DNA from: Candidatus Parcubacteria bacterium
Lineage (GTDB): Bacteria; Patescibacteriota; Minisyncoccia; UBA6257; HR35
Length of the DNA: 64,000 bases
Direction of reading: 5' to 3'
NCBI GenBank assembly: GCA_026004495.1
Contig: BPJG01000001.1
Location: 70,470-134,469, forward strand
Under the pieces are notes generated by a model. That model searched no databases and was not told where the DNA came from. It saw nothing but the letters and a program-made list of their open reading frames with translations. Numbering within the stretch: the first letter of the stretch is position 1; every line of letters begins with the position of its first letter. The translations under genes were made by a program, and so were the position numbers. Below, one piece after another: positions 37,522-48,666 of this stretch.

Positions 37522-38325
37522 ATGCCTGAGCTTCCTGAAATTGAAACTATTAAAAGATATTTAGAAAAAGAAATTATAGATCAAAAAATAAAAAATATTG
37601 AAATTTTTAATAAAAGAAGTTTTAAGGGTAATAAGAAAAATATTCAAGGAGCGAAAGTTATAAGACTCGAAAGAAAAGGCAAAGTGTTAGTTTTTGTTTT
37701 AAGTAATGGTTATAATCTGATGTTTCATTTAAAGATGACAGGACAAATTTTATTTTTCAATTTCTTAAAAAAATTAGCAATAGACAAATCAACGAGAGTT
37801 ATTTTTATTTTAGATAATAGCTATCTTGTTTTTAATGACATTCGTAAGTTTGGTTGGGTAAAAGTTGTTGATGATAAAAATTTAAGAGAAGAGATAAAAA
37901 GGTTGGGCATTGATGCTTTAAATTTAACTTTTGATAATCTGAAAAGAATTCTAAATAACACTAAAAGGCCAATTAAATTGGTTTTAATGGATCAAGCAAA
38001 AATCGCTGGAATTGGAAATATTTATGCAAACGAATCATTATTTTTAGCTAAAATTAATCCTCAAACTCCAGCAAATAAAATATCTGAAGAAAAAATAAAA
38101 GAATTATTAAAGGCAATTATAAAAATTTTGAAAAAAGCAATTAAATATGGAGGGACAAGTTTTAGTCTTTACCTCAAACCAGATGAGTCTAAAGGAAAAT
38201 ATCAAGAAAAATTTTTAGTTTATAAAAGAGAAGATAAAAAATGTTGGCGATGTCATAAAAATATAAAAAGAATAATTTTAGGAGGAAGAAGTACTTTCTA
38301 TTGCCTTAATTGTCAAAAATTATAA
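37522..38325 (+). CDS. mutM: Formamidopyrimidine-DNA glycosylase
   Basis: MPELPEIETIKRYL at the N-terminus and a C-terminal zinc finger CWRC...CLNC. Confidence 0.85.
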   Translation: MPELPEIETIKRYLEKEIIDQKIKNIEIFNKRSFKGNKKNIQGAKVIRLERKGKVLVFVLSNGYNLMFHLKMTGQILFFNFLKKLAIDKSTRVIFILDNSYLVFNDIRKFGWVKVVDDKNLREEIKRLGIDALNLTFDNLKRILNNTKRPIKLVLMDQAKIAGIGNIYANESLFLAKINPQTPANKISEEKIKELLKAIIKILKKAIKYGGTSFSLYLKPDESKGKYQEKFLVYKREDKKCWRCHKNIKRIILGGRSTFYCLNCQKL

Positions 38326-38368
38326 TTTAAATACTGCAATTAATTAATTTTTTCAATTAATCTTTGTT

Positions 38369-38695
38369 TTAATCTAAACCTAATTCTTCTATAGTTTTAT
38401 CTAAATATTGTTCAATTGAATCTTCACCAGGGAGATCAATATCTTTAATTTGTTCCTCAATTGGCGTACTGCCTATTAAGATATGGTAAGCCGAGTATTT
38501 TAATAATTCATCTTGTCCATATTTTTCTTCAAGTTTCTTACAAAATTGGGTTATTATTCTATGATATTCTTCTCTAAAGTTTTTAGATTGTAATATATGT
38601 TTATTAAAAATAATTTCTATTTTTTTTCTAATCCGCTCATTGATTTCTTTGTTATTGTCATTTCTTTCTAAATTAAAATTAAATTTATCTTTCAT
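38369..38695 (-). CDS. Hypothetical protein
   Basis: 108-aa ORF. Confidence 0.35.
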   Translation of the reverse strand: MKDKFNFNLERNDNNKEINERIRKKIEIIFNKHILQSKNFREEYHRIITQFCKKLEEKYGQDELLKYSAYHILIGSTPIEEQIKDIDLPGEDSIEQYLDKTIEELGLD

Positions 38696-38765
38696 TATTT
38701 TTATTAATTTATAATAATTTAAATATTATTATAAAATAATAACTTAAAATATTAAAATTATAATT

Positions 38766-39155
38766 ATGCCAGGTGAAAAACATAGACAACCTGAAAGAAA
38801 AAGACAAGAAAAAGAAGAATATAACAAAGAAAGAAGAGAATTTTTAAAATATTTATTAGGTTTTGGTTTAACTAGTACATTAACATTAGGAGGTTTATTT
38901 CTTCTATTGAAAAATTTACCTAAAAAAGAAAGAAGAAAATTTATTTTAAAAGAAATAATAAAAAAAAGACAAGAAAATATCAATAAAATAGAGAAAATTA
39001 GTAAATTTAATCCTAATGAAAAAATTAAAGTAGAAATAAATTCTGAATTAAAGAAATTCTTGAAAGAAACAAAAATAAGTGGATTAATAGAATATTATTT
39101 TCCTGAGACAATTGACGATAAAATATCTCCTAGGCTTATTTTAGATAATTTATGA
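38766..39155 (+). CDS. Hypothetical K/E-rich membrane protein
   Basis: 129-aa ORF with one TM segment. Confidence 0.35.
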   Translation: MPGEKHRQPERKRQEKEEYNKERREFLKYLLGFGLTSTLTLGGLFLLLKNLPKKERRKFILKEIIKKRQENINKIEKISKFNPNEKIKVEINSELKKFLKETKISGLIEYYFPETIDDKISPRLILDNL

Positions 39156-39344
39156 GAAGAAAAAAATAATAAATTTAGTGAAAATAAAGAATTAGAAGAA
39201 TCTTTTCGAGAATTAAAATTAGATATCTTAGAAAATTATGAAAAAGAACCAGGTGAAAAAACTAATATTGAAAATTTCATTAATTATCTTATTTTTTGTC
39301 TCATTAAAAGTATATTAATTTTAAATATAAAAAAATTATCTGAC

Positions 39345-40106
39345 TTGTTTATATTTCCTAAAAAAGAAGAGAATTTATCAACCGAAGAAAGAAATTTACT
39401 AAAAGAAAAGAGGGAATTATTAGAATTTATTTTAAACGATGATTCATTTTATCAATATTTATTACTAACTTTAGTTGTTATTATTTTAAATGAAATATGT
39501 TTTGCCTCCGAAAATAATCCTGAAATAAATTTAAATATCTTAGAATATTTGATTTCAAATTTTGGTATTAATTTTATAAGCTGTATCCCTGCAATTTATG
39601 ATAAAAGGTTATCATTTGGTCCGTTTCAATTAACTGATTTAGTTGTCGGCAAAAATACGGCTGAAAAAATATATCCTATTACTACAATTAATCTATGTTT
39701 ATCAGATAAATTTGAAGATTACAAATTACCCAATAATTTAGCTGAATTTAGAAACCAGGATCATTATCAAGGAGTGATCTTTTTATGTATTTATTATTTA
39801 TGTAAATATATAAAAAACCTAGATGAAACGAAAATTAAAGAATTAAAAGACTTAACAAAACAAACTGCTCATATAAGAGAAGAATTCTATAAAAAATTAT
39901 CGTTAATGTTTTGTAGTTGCCATCATAATGGTGAAGCACAAATTAAAAAATTTATAGAAGATAGATTAGAATTAGATAAAGATGAATACCTAGAACGTTC
40001 AATAAAGAATTTCGAAATCGTTGAACAAAATTTGAGAAAAAAAGTTAAAGAATTAATTAATAAAATCATGAAAGAAATAAAGGAAGAAATGAAATCATTT
40101 GAATAA
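39345..40106 (+). CDS. Hypothetical protein
   Basis: 253-aa ORF. Confidence 0.35.
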   Translation: MFIFPKKEENLSTEERNLLKEKRELLEFILNDDSFYQYLLLTLVVIILNEICFASENNPEINLNILEYLISNFGINFISCIPAIYDKRLSFGPFQLTDLVVGKNTAEKIYPITTINLCLSDKFEDYKLPNNLAEFRNQDHYQGVIFLCIYYLCKYIKNLDETKIKELKDLTKQTAHIREEFYKKLSLMFCSCHHNGEAQIKKFIEDRLELDKDEYLERSIKNFEIVEQNLRKKVKELINKIMKEIKEEMKSFE

Positions 40107-40135
40107 ATAAATTATAATTATTAAAAATAACTAAA

Positions 40136-40960
40136 ATGAAAAATAAAGAAATAAAAACGAAAACTTTATTAGATTTTTCTATAAAAACAGCTCATAGTGT
40201 TGGAATTATATTAGAAAAACTTTTTAGAAAAGAAAATCCATTTATTCGTGGCACTTCAAAGGAAATAAAAACATTTTATGATGAATTAACAGATAAAATT
40301 ATTAAAAAATCAATTGAGAAAAATTTTAAAAATCATTCCTATTTAACTGAAGAAACTGGCTTAGTTGATAAACATTCAGATTATCTTTGGATCATTGATC
40401 CATTAGATGGAACTGGTAATTTTGTTAATCATAATCCATTTTTTTCTGTTTCTATTGCTTTATGGTATAAAGGTGAGCCATTATTAGGAGTTATCGAAGC
40501 CCCAATATTAAAAGAAAGATTTATTGCTATAAAAAATAAAGGTTCTTTTCATTATGATTTAAATAAAAAAAATAAAAAAAATGAAGCGAAATTATCAGAT
40601 ATAAATCATTTAAAAGAAAGTTATGTTGTCTACTGTGAAGGCAGTGAAAAAAATAAATTAAGGATCGTCAATTTATTTGATAAAATTTATCCTCAAGTAA
40701 AAGAAGTTAGAAAATTAGGTTCGGCTGCTCTCGAATTAGCCTGGATAGCCTTAGGTAGGGCAGATATATATTTTACTACCCAAATTTCGCTTTGGGATAT
40801 AGCAAGTGGATTAATTTTTACTTCTGAAGCTGGAGCAAAATTATTTAAGTTTAACGGAGAAGAATATAAATTTAAAGAATTTTACAATAACTTATTAAAT
40901 AAATTTGATTTGATTGCAGGTAAAGATTTTTTAGTAAAAAAATTTTTAAAGTTGATTTAA
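40136..40960 (+). CDS. Inositol monophosphatase family protein
   Basis: WIIDPLDGTGNFVNHNPFFSVSIAL. Confidence 0.8.
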   Translation: MKNKEIKTKTLLDFSIKTAHSVGIILEKLFRKENPFIRGTSKEIKTFYDELTDKIIKKSIEKNFKNHSYLTEETGLVDKHSDYLWIIDPLDGTGNFVNHNPFFSVSIALWYKGEPLLGVIEAPILKERFIAIKNKGSFHYDLNKKNKKNEAKLSDINHLKESYVVYCEGSEKNKLRIVNLFDKIYPQVKEVRKLGSAALELAWIALGRADIYFTTQISLWDIASGLIFTSEAGAKLFKFNGEEYKFKEFYNNLLNKFDLIAGKDFLVKKFLKLI

Positions 40961-41358
40961 ATATCTAGAGAAAGTTGATCCTCATTATTTTGCTGATTTT
41001 CAGCTCGTAATCTTCTTTGGTAATCTTTGTAAATTGCTAAAGCTCGGTTGAGCATATCTTTAAAACATTTGTTAGAAATCTCAGTATAAGCCTTAAAATC
41101 ATTAGAAATATTTACACCAACAGGACTCTCGCTTGAGATTATTTTTGTCGATACCCTTCCTTCATTATTAAAAATAAACCTTTTAACTATAACTACATTA
41201 TGCCTATTAATTACCTCAAAGTCAACAATAAAATTATTGTTATAATCATAGCCAATATATTTAGGTTGCCTTTTAACTTTTTCAAAAGGAGTAATCTGAT
41301 CCCAGCCTTCGAGTTCATCAGAATTGTCATAAAAATTAAATCTAAGTTGTTCTCTCAT
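40957..41358 (-). CDS. Hypothetical protein
   Basis: 133-aa ORF. Confidence 0.35.
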   Translation of the reverse strand: MREQLRFNFYDNSDELEGWDQITPFEKVKRQPKYIGYDYNNNFIVDFEVINRHNVVIVKRFIFNNEGRVSTKIISSESPVGVNISNDFKAYTEISNKCFKDMLNRALAIYKDYQRRLRAENQQNNEDQLSLDI

Positions 41359-41410
41359 AATTAATTAATTTTATAATATAATTAATAATTTTAAAAATTA
41401 ATTTTTAATT

Positions 41411-42226
41411 ATGAAATTTTTTGACACTCACTGTCATCTTAATATTCCACCATTAAGAGAAATTTATAAAGAAATAATTGAATCAGCACAAAAAAATAAT
41501 ATTGACTATATAGTTATTCCAGGTACCAATTATGAGGACAGTATTTTTGCCATAGAAATTGCTAATAGTTTCAATAATATATATTGTGCCTTAGGATTTC
41601 ATCCTAATGAAATTATAGAATTATCTTTAAAGGAGATAATAATAAAATTAGATAAGTTAAAAAATAATTTAAATGAAGATAAAGTAATAGCAATTGGAGA
41701 AATAGGTTTAGATAAAAAAGCGGGAAATTTTGATTTTCAAAAAGAAATTTTTATTTTACAAATAAGATTAGCTAAAAAATATAACAAACCTTTAATAATT
41801 CACAATCGAGAATTAAGCAATGATTTATTAAAAATATTAAAACAAGAATGGAACGATTATTTTGAAAATAATATAGTCTTCCATTGCACTGAGCCAAATG
41901 AAGAAATATTAGAATTTGCTAAAATTAAAAAATTATATTTAGGTTTTGATGGTGATTTAACTTATAGAAAAGATAAACAGGAATTTATAAAAAAAGTTCC
42001 ATTGGATTTGATAGTGATGGAAACAGACTCACCATTTCTTCTGCCTGAACCATTAAGAACATTTATTAAACACCAAACTCGTAATAAGGAAGAAAACTTT
42101 TTCCCTAATAAGCCTGAAAATTTAATTTTAATCTTCAATAAGATTGTCGAGATTTTAAATCTTGATAAAGAAATATTAGCTCAAAAATTATTAGAAAATA
42201 GTCTAAGATTGTTCAATTTAAAATAA
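41411..42226 (+). CDS. TatD family metal-dependent hydrolase
   Basis: FDTHCHLN, AIGEIGLD and IIHNRE. Confidence 0.85.
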   Translation: MKFFDTHCHLNIPPLREIYKEIIESAQKNNIDYIVIPGTNYEDSIFAIEIANSFNNIYCALGFHPNEIIELSLKEIIIKLDKLKNNLNEDKVIAIGEIGLDKKAGNFDFQKEIFILQIRLAKKYNKPLIIHNRELSNDLLKILKQEWNDYFENNIVFHCTEPNEEILEFAKIKKLYLGFDGDLTYRKDKQEFIKKVPLDLIVMETDSPFLLPEPLRTFIKHQTRNKEENFFPNKPENLILIFNKIVEILNLDKEILAQKLLENSLRLFNLK

Positions 42227-42312
42227 ATATTCTTTTAAAGAATTATTAAGCAGTTAATATTTCAAGAGATTAATAATTAATTTATTTTTAATTTATATTT
42301 ATAATAATTTTT

Positions 42313-43518
42313 ATGAGAAAAATAATATTTATTCTAATAGATGGATTAGCAGACATCGCAACCAAAAATACTCCTTTAAGATTGGCATCAAAAATATTTT
42401 TGGATTCACTCAAAGGTAGAATTCATTTATCATATATTTATCCTTTAAAAAAAGAGTATTGGCCTAAAGGTGGTAATTATAGTGTTAGTGGATTAGCTAA
42501 TTTTCACTTGTTAGGATATAAATTAAAGATTAAACAATTTAAACGTGGCCCTTATGAAGCAATTGGAAGTAATATTAAGTTTAAAAATGGTTGGTTAGCC
42601 TTTAGAGTTAACTTTGCAACAGTTGATGAAAAATCATATGTTATAGATAGAAGAGCAGGAAGAAATATTTATGGTTTAGAAAAATTAACTAAAGAAATAA
42701 ATTCAATCAAATTTAAAATACCCTTTGAACTTTATCACATTGCTGGCCATCGAGGAGTTTTAATTTTTAAAACCAAACTTTCAGAAAATATTTCAGAAAA
42801 TGATCCTTATAAAACAAATTTAAGAATAAAAAAGATTAAACCCTCAAAAAAAGATTATTTATCAAAAAAAACAGCTGAATTAATTAATAATTTTTTAGAG
42901 ATAGCTTATGAAAAAATAAAAATTAGCAAAATAAATTTAGAAAGGCAAAAAAGAAATATTTTACCCGCAAATTATCTTTTAATAAGAGAGCCAGGAAATA
43001 AAATATTGAAGTTAAAAAATTTTTTTAGAAAATATAGCTTTAAAAATGGCCTTATAATAGCAACTAATGGAGTTGATAAAGGAACTTGCTTAAGTGTAGG
43101 TTTTAAAAAGTATGACCTTAATTATCCTAACAGTATTATTAATGAATTAAATAATTTAACTAAAGCTATATTTAATTTAGGAGATAAATATCAATTACTC
43201 TATTGTCATCTTAAAAAGGCAGATGAATTAAGTCATGATAAAAATTTCAATGGTAAAAAAGAATTTTTTGAAAAATTTGATGATTTTTTAAAAAAGATAT
43301 TCGCTAAATTTAAAAATGATATTTTTGTTATCACCGGTGATCATATTACTAATACTCAATCCGGCGAACATATGTTTGGTCCAGTACCTTTAATTATTAT
43401 TAACTCAAATCTAATTAATAAACCCAAAGAGATTAGTGAAATTGAAGCTATAAAATTGGGCGAGTATTTTAAAAATACTAATGATTTATGGAAATTTTTA
43501 AAACAAAATGTTAGCTAA
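42313..43518 (+). CDS. apgM: Cofactor-independent phosphoglycerate mutase, archaeal-type (ApgM family)
   Basis: ILIDGLADI at the N-terminus, VITGDH at the C-terminus, and a length of 401 aa. Confidence 0.7.
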   Translation: MRKIIFILIDGLADIATKNTPLRLASKIFLDSLKGRIHLSYIYPLKKEYWPKGGNYSVSGLANFHLLGYKLKIKQFKRGPYEAIGSNIKFKNGWLAFRVNFATVDEKSYVIDRRAGRNIYGLEKLTKEINSIKFKIPFELYHIAGHRGVLIFKTKLSENISENDPYKTNLRIKKIKPSKKDYLSKKTAELINNFLEIAYEKIKISKINLERQKRNILPANYLLIREPGNKILKLKNFFRKYSFKNGLIIATNGVDKGTCLSVGFKKYDLNYPNSIINELNNLTKAIFNLGDKYQLLYCHLKKADELSHDKNFNGKKEFFEKFDDFLKKIFAKFKNDIFVITGDHITNTQSGEHMFGPVPLIIINSNLINKPKEISEIEAIKLGEYFKNTNDLWKFLKQNVS

Positions 43519-45169
43519 AAGAATAGAAAACAGATTAAAAATTTTAGGCAGAAAATTAATTGATAAAGATTTTAATGATTTGAAAAAAAATTTATTTATT
43601 TCTCACTGCGATAATTTAGATCATGGTGACTACTATTCTAATTTTATATTTTTATTAGCAAATAAAACAAAATTAAGCGCTAGGGAAATATTTGAAAAAA
43701 CTAAAGATTATTTAGAAAAACTATCCTATATTAAAAAGGTTGAACTTATTAACGGTTATCTTAATATTTTTATTCAAAAAAAAGTTTTTTTTGAAGACTA
43801 TAAAAAAGTTTTATTAAAAAAAGAAAATTTTTTAAAGAATAACTGGGGAAGAAATAAGAAATTAATAATTGAATATATTTCAGCTAATCCAACTGGACCT
43901 TTACACATAGGTAATGGTAGAGGAGCAGTTTTAGGAGATATTTTAACTAATGTACTTAAACTATCAAACTTTAGGGTAACTAAAGAATATTATGTTAACG
44001 ATAGAGGTAATCAAATAGATTTATTGGTAAAATCTGTTTTACATTATCTAGGTAAAATTTCAAATGAAGAAAATATTTATAAGGGTGATTATCTTAAAGA
44101 ATTTGCCTTTAAATATAAGAAAGAATTAGAAAATATGTCAATTGAAGAAATTAAAAAATTTACCGTTAAATATATCTTATCTAAATTAATTAAACAAACA
44201 TTAAAAAATTTTGGCACTAATTTTGATAATTTTTATTTTGAAACTGATCTTTATTCTAAAAATACAGATAAAGAAGTAATAAAAATTTTAACTAAAAAAG
44301 GATTAATTTATGAAAAAGATGGAGCTACTTGGCTTAACTTAAAAAAATTTAATGAAGCTAAAGATGAAGTATTAATTAAAAATAATGGCGAACAAACTTA
44401 TTTTTTATCTGATATTATTTATAACTATGATAAATTTTTTATCAGAAAGTTTCACTATTCAATTATGATTGTCGGTAGTGATCATCATGATCATATTAGA
44501 AGATTACAAAAAACATTTGAATATATTTTTAATGTTGAAGCCAAAAGATTTAAATTTATTGAATATCAAATGGTTCATCTGTATAAACAGGGTGAAAAAA
44601 TTAAAATGTCAAAAAGAAAGGGTGAATTTGTAACCCTTGATGAATTAATTAAAGAAGTAGGAGTTGAACCAATAAGATTTTATTTTGCTAAATATTCACC
44701 TGAAATTACTATTAATTTTGATTTAAATGTGGTCAAGAAAGAAAATATTAATAATCAAATTTGGTATTTAATGTATACCTACGCCAGATTTAATAAGATT
44801 TTAGAAAAAGCAAAAGAAAAAAAATTTAAATTTGATTATCGACAAAACTTAAAAACTAATCTAACTAAAAGTTTCATTTATTTAATAAATCAAGATAATT
44901 ACTTAAAAATATTTAGAAGAATAAATCAATTTCCTTTAGTAATTTTAAATTCAGCAATCAATCTAAGGCAAAATTATGTAATTAGTTATTTACTAAAATT
45001 AGCAGATGAACTTAATAGTTTTTATGAAAAAGAAATAATAATTAAAGGCGATTCAAAAGAAATTAGATATAAACTTATTTTTATCTATTATCTCAAAAAT
45101 ATTCTTGATTTAGGCCTTCATCTTATTAATATAAAGCCTAAAAAAGAATTGCATAACCCGATAAGTTAA
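43508..45169 (+). CDS. argS: Arginyl-tRNA synthetase
   Basis: SANPTGPLHIGNGRGAVLGD and KMSKRKG. Confidence 0.9.
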   Translation: MLAKRIENRLKILGRKLIDKDFNDLKKNLFISHCDNLDHGDYYSNFIFLLANKTKLSAREIFEKTKDYLEKLSYIKKVELINGYLNIFIQKKVFFEDYKKVLLKKENFLKNNWGRNKKLIIEYISANPTGPLHIGNGRGAVLGDILTNVLKLSNFRVTKEYYVNDRGNQIDLLVKSVLHYLGKISNEENIYKGDYLKEFAFKYKKELENMSIEEIKKFTVKYILSKLIKQTLKNFGTNFDNFYFETDLYSKNTDKEVIKILTKKGLIYEKDGATWLNLKKFNEAKDEVLIKNNGEQTYFLSDIIYNYDKFFIRKFHYSIMIVGSDHHDHIRRLQKTFEYIFNVEAKRFKFIEYQMVHLYKQGEKIKMSKRKGEFVTLDELIKEVGVEPIRFYFAKYSPEITINFDLNVVKKENINNQIWYLMYTYARFNKILEKAKEKKFKFDYRQNLKTNLTKSFIYLINQDNYLKIFRRINQFPLVILNSAINLRQNYVISYLLKLADELNSFYEKEIIIKGDSKEIRYKLIFIYYLKNILDLGLHLINIKPKKELHNPIS

Positions 45170-45634
45170 ATAAAAACATATAAAGGCTATAATAATTCCA
45201 AAAATTATATCAATTGGCCAATGCATTAATGATAACCAACTTAAAATTGCTATCAAAATTGATAAAATAAATAAAAAGAATCCTAATTGAATATTAGAAA
45301 TTAAAGTTACGAATGAAATAGCAAAGGATAAGGTTGTGTGTCTTGAGGGGAAACTATCTAATCTTTGCTCCTCAAAAGGAAAAAAATAACTTATTGGCCT
45401 TAAGGACTTAAATTGACCATTGATTAAAATAATAAAAATAAAAGAAAAGAAAAGAACTATTACTAACTCTAAAAGGTAGATTTTATTTAATTTTTTATTA
45501 TGAATAAAAGATAAAATAATATTACCAAAAGAAAAAATGAAAACTAATCCAAGTAAAAAATCTCTTAAAACATCAAAAAAGTATATTAAGTTATAATTAT
45601 CTTTTAAAATTAAAAAAATGAATTCTGTGGCCAT
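45110..45634 (-). CDS. PAP2-family phosphatase (membrane)
   Basis: SFPSRHTT and the later H..D block. Confidence 0.62.
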   Translation of the reverse strand: MATEFIFLILKDNYNLIYFFDVLRDFLLGLVFIFSFGNIILSFIHNKKLNKIYLLELVIVLFFSFIFIILINGQFKSLRPISYFFPFEEQRLDSFPSRHTTLSFAISFVTLISNIQLGFFLFILSILIAILSWLSLMHWPIDIIFGIIIAFICFYLTYRVMQFFFRLYINKMKA

Positions 45635-47108
45635 TAATAAAATTATAAATATATTTTTAAAAAATTTAACTTTTAATCAAACAATAATTAAAAATAGTTT
45701 TTGGCTTATTGCTGGTAAATTAATAAGTGGAATATTAAGGGCTTTATTAGTTATTTTTTCAGCCAGATTATTAGGAACAAGTGAATATGGAAGTTTTTCT
45801 TTGGCAATGAATTTTGTTCTCCTATTTTCATTCTTGCCCGAATTAGGATTAACCTCAATTTTAACTAGAGAATTATCTAAAACTGAAGACAAAAAAGAAA
45901 GACAAATTATTTTTAATAATATATTCATAATCTCTTTAATCTTAAGCTTCATATCTTATTTATTGATATTTTTTTTAGGACAATTATTTTTAAAAGACGA
46001 ATTAGCTAAAATAATTTTACCCATATTATCTTTAATGTTAATTTTTGATATCTTTAGGGAATTTTCTTATGCTATTTATAGATCAGAACTAAAAAGTGAA
46101 TTACAAGGAATTTTTCATTTTCTAACAAATCTTTTGCTTTTTATTGGTGGTTTAATAAGCTTATATTTATTTCGGAAAGCAATTTATTTATCGTGGGCCT
46201 ATTTAATAACCATAACTATTGGATTTATAATAAGCAATATTTTTCTTATTGACTACTTTAAAAAATTTAAATTAGTTCTTGATTATAAAAAATGGATATA
46301 TTATTTTAATTCATCCTGGCCAATCGCTATTGCTAATGCTTTATACTTATTATTACTTTTTATAGATTCAATAATATTAGGTTGGTATTTTCCCAGTAAC
46401 ATAGTGGGAATTTATACCTCTTCAGTCAAAGTAAATGAATTTTTAATAATTTTTCCCACAGGAATTTCGTTAGCTCTTTTACCTATATTTTCAAAAAATA
46501 CTCTAGATAAAGAAAAATTAAAAACTACTTTAGAGCTAGGCCTAAGATTAACCTATATTTTAATTTTACCAATAATATTTGGCGGCATTTTACTTTCTGA
46601 AAATTTAATTAATTTTATATTTGGAAAAGAATACTCGGATTCACATTATGCCTTTAAAATTTTAATTCCTTCACTAATAGCTACTTCAATTTTTATGATA
46701 TTATCCCAACTATTAATTGCTCTAAACAAAAGAAAAGAATTATTAATATACGAGTTTTTTATATTTTTGATCAATCTAATAGGTAATATAATATTAATTC
46801 CATCTTTAAGCTTTATGGGTGCTGCCTATATGACAACCATAAGTAATTTCTTAGGGCTAATATTAATCATTTTAATAACCAATAAATATTTAAATTTTGA
46901 TATCTATTTCGGTATAAAAAAACCCTTTTTAGCTTCGGTTTTGATGAGTTTAATAATTTTAGCTTTAAATAAAATTAACTTTTTATTAGCAATTATAGTG
47001 GGCAGCATTTTATATTTTATAGTACTAATTTTAATAAGAGAAGAACTTATAATTAAAATAATTAATAACATTATAACTATCATTAAGTTTAAAAAATATG
47101 ATAATTAG
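45618..47108 (+). CDS. Wzx/MurJ-type polysaccharide or lipid-linked oligosaccharide flippase
   Basis: About 14 TM helices and 496 aa, with an N-terminal pattern typical of polysaccharide biosynthesis proteins. Confidence 0.6.
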   Translation: MNSVAINKIINIFLKNLTFNQTIIKNSFWLIAGKLISGILRALLVIFSARLLGTSEYGSFSLAMNFVLLFSFLPELGLTSILTRELSKTEDKKERQIIFNNIFIISLILSFISYLLIFFLGQLFLKDELAKIILPILSLMLIFDIFREFSYAIYRSELKSELQGIFHFLTNLLLFIGGLISLYLFRKAIYLSWAYLITITIGFIISNIFLIDYFKKFKLVLDYKKWIYYFNSSWPIAIANALYLLLLFIDSIILGWYFPSNIVGIYTSSVKVNEFLIIFPTGISLALLPIFSKNTLDKEKLKTTLELGLRLTYILILPIIFGGILLSENLINFIFGKEYSDSHYAFKILIPSLIATSIFMILSQLLIALNKRKELLIYEFFIFLINLIGNIILIPSLSFMGAAYMTTISNFLGLILIILITNKYLNFDIYFGIKKPFLASVLMSLIILALNKINFLLAIIVGSILYFIVLILIREELIIKIINNIITIIKFKKYDN

Positions 47109-48666
47109 TTTATTATTATCCTTAATATTTTTTTTAGTTATTGGTATAAATTTTTTAAGATTAGTCCAAATAAAAGATTATTTTTTTCCATCAATCTTAG
47201 CCTATTTTGATTATCCTTCAAATTATCGTCATTTTTTTAGACTATATGAATTAATTTTAATTATAATTTGGTTATTTTTAATTTTTTTTTCTTTTAAAAA
47301 TGGGAAGATATATATTAATGAAAATATTTTATTGTTAATTTTATTAATTTTTGGCATTTTAATATATTTAAGAAAAGATCAAATAAAAAAAATAAGGTGG
47401 AATCTTAAAGGTTTATTTATTTTTTATTTAACTACTTTAATTAACTACAGAATTTTATCAGCAACCAATAATGATTTAACTATTGTCATCATTCTTTTAA
47501 CATCAGCAATTCAATTTTCAATAGTAATTTTTTCGACTTTTATAGCTAATATTATTACTAAAGTTTATGCTGAATATTTATTTAAGATAACAAAAAATAA
47601 AATTTCAAAATGGCTAAAAAAAGATAAAAATAGATTAGTTATTGGTATCTCAGGTAGCTATGGGAAAACATCGACTAAAGAAATCTTATCACAACTTTTA
47701 GAAGAAAAATTTAAAGTTTTAAAATCACCACTTAGACTTAATGCCGAAATAGGTTTAGCAAAATTTATTTTAAAGAGTCAATTAAAAAATTATGATATCT
47801 TAGTTTTAGAATTAGGATCCAGAAAGCTGGGTGAAATTTCAAAAATGGTAGATATTTTTCAGCCTAAATGTGTTTTTTTAACAGGCCTAGGTCCACAACA
47901 CATTGCTACTTTTGGCTCCTTTGAAAATATGATTAAGGGAGAAACTGAAATATTTAAAAAAATAGATGATAGTGGGATAGCATTTTTAAATATTAAGGAT
48001 AGATGGATAAAAGAATATGAAAAAAAATTGAATATAAAAAATAAATATCTTTATGGTGACAAGGATGGGAATTTTTATTTTAAAGAAGAAATTTTAACTT
48101 TAGATGGCTCAGAATTTATTTTTGTCTATCCCGAAGGAGAAGAAAAATTATTTACCAATATCGTTGGTAATCAATTTTTAGAAAACTTATGTGGAGCCTT
48201 GGGATTGTGTTATATATTAGGCATTCAACCCTATCAATTAAAAGAAAAATTAAAAAATCTTAAATTACTTTCAAATCAATTTGAAATCGTAAAAAGAGCC
48301 AATCCTTTAATTATTAATGATTCTTATAATGCTAATTTAATTGGGGTTCAAAGGGGAATTGAATTTTTTAATAAAATTTTTAAGGGTAAAAAAATATTAT
48401 TTTTTGGAGGAATATTAGAATTAGGAGAGGAAACAGAAAAAATTTACCAACAATTAATAGAATATTTTAAAATATTTGATTTGATAATTTTAACTTTTAA
48501 TGATTTTAGTGAAATATTCCTTAAAAATATTGAAAATGAAAAAATTTTAATTTATGATAATCAAGAATTAGATAAAATTATAAAATTTTATGATTTAAAC
48601 GATTTGGGATTATTAATTTTAGGAAGAATTCCAGAAAAATTATTAAATAGAATTAAAGAATTATGA
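47098..48666 (+). CDS. Mur ligase family protein (MurF-like) with a ~170-aa N-terminal membrane domain
   Basis: LVIGISGSYGKTSTKEIL (P-loop) and IINDSYNANLIG (MurF C-terminal motif). 4-5 TM helices precede the ligase domain. Confidence 0.62.
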   Translation: MIISLLLSLIFFLVIGINFLRLVQIKDYFFPSILAYFDYPSNYRHFFRLYELILIIIWLFLIFFSFKNGKIYINENILLLILLIFGILIYLRKDQIKKIRWNLKGLFIFYLTTLINYRILSATNNDLTIVIILLTSAIQFSIVIFSTFIANIITKVYAEYLFKITKNKISKWLKKDKNRLVIGISGSYGKTSTKEILSQLLEEKFKVLKSPLRLNAEIGLAKFILKSQLKNYDILVLELGSRKLGEISKMVDIFQPKCVFLTGLGPQHIATFGSFENMIKGETEIFKKIDDSGIAFLNIKDRWIKEYEKKLNIKNKYLYGDKDGNFYFKEEILTLDGSEFIFVYPEGEEKLFTNIVGNQFLENLCGALGLCYILGIQPYQLKEKLKNLKLLSNQFEIVKRANPLIINDSYNANLIGVQRGIEFFNKIFKGKKILFFGGILELGEETEKIYQQLIEYFKIFDLIILTFNDFSEIFLKNIENEKILIYDNQELDKIIKFYDLNDLGLLILGRIPEKLLNRIKEL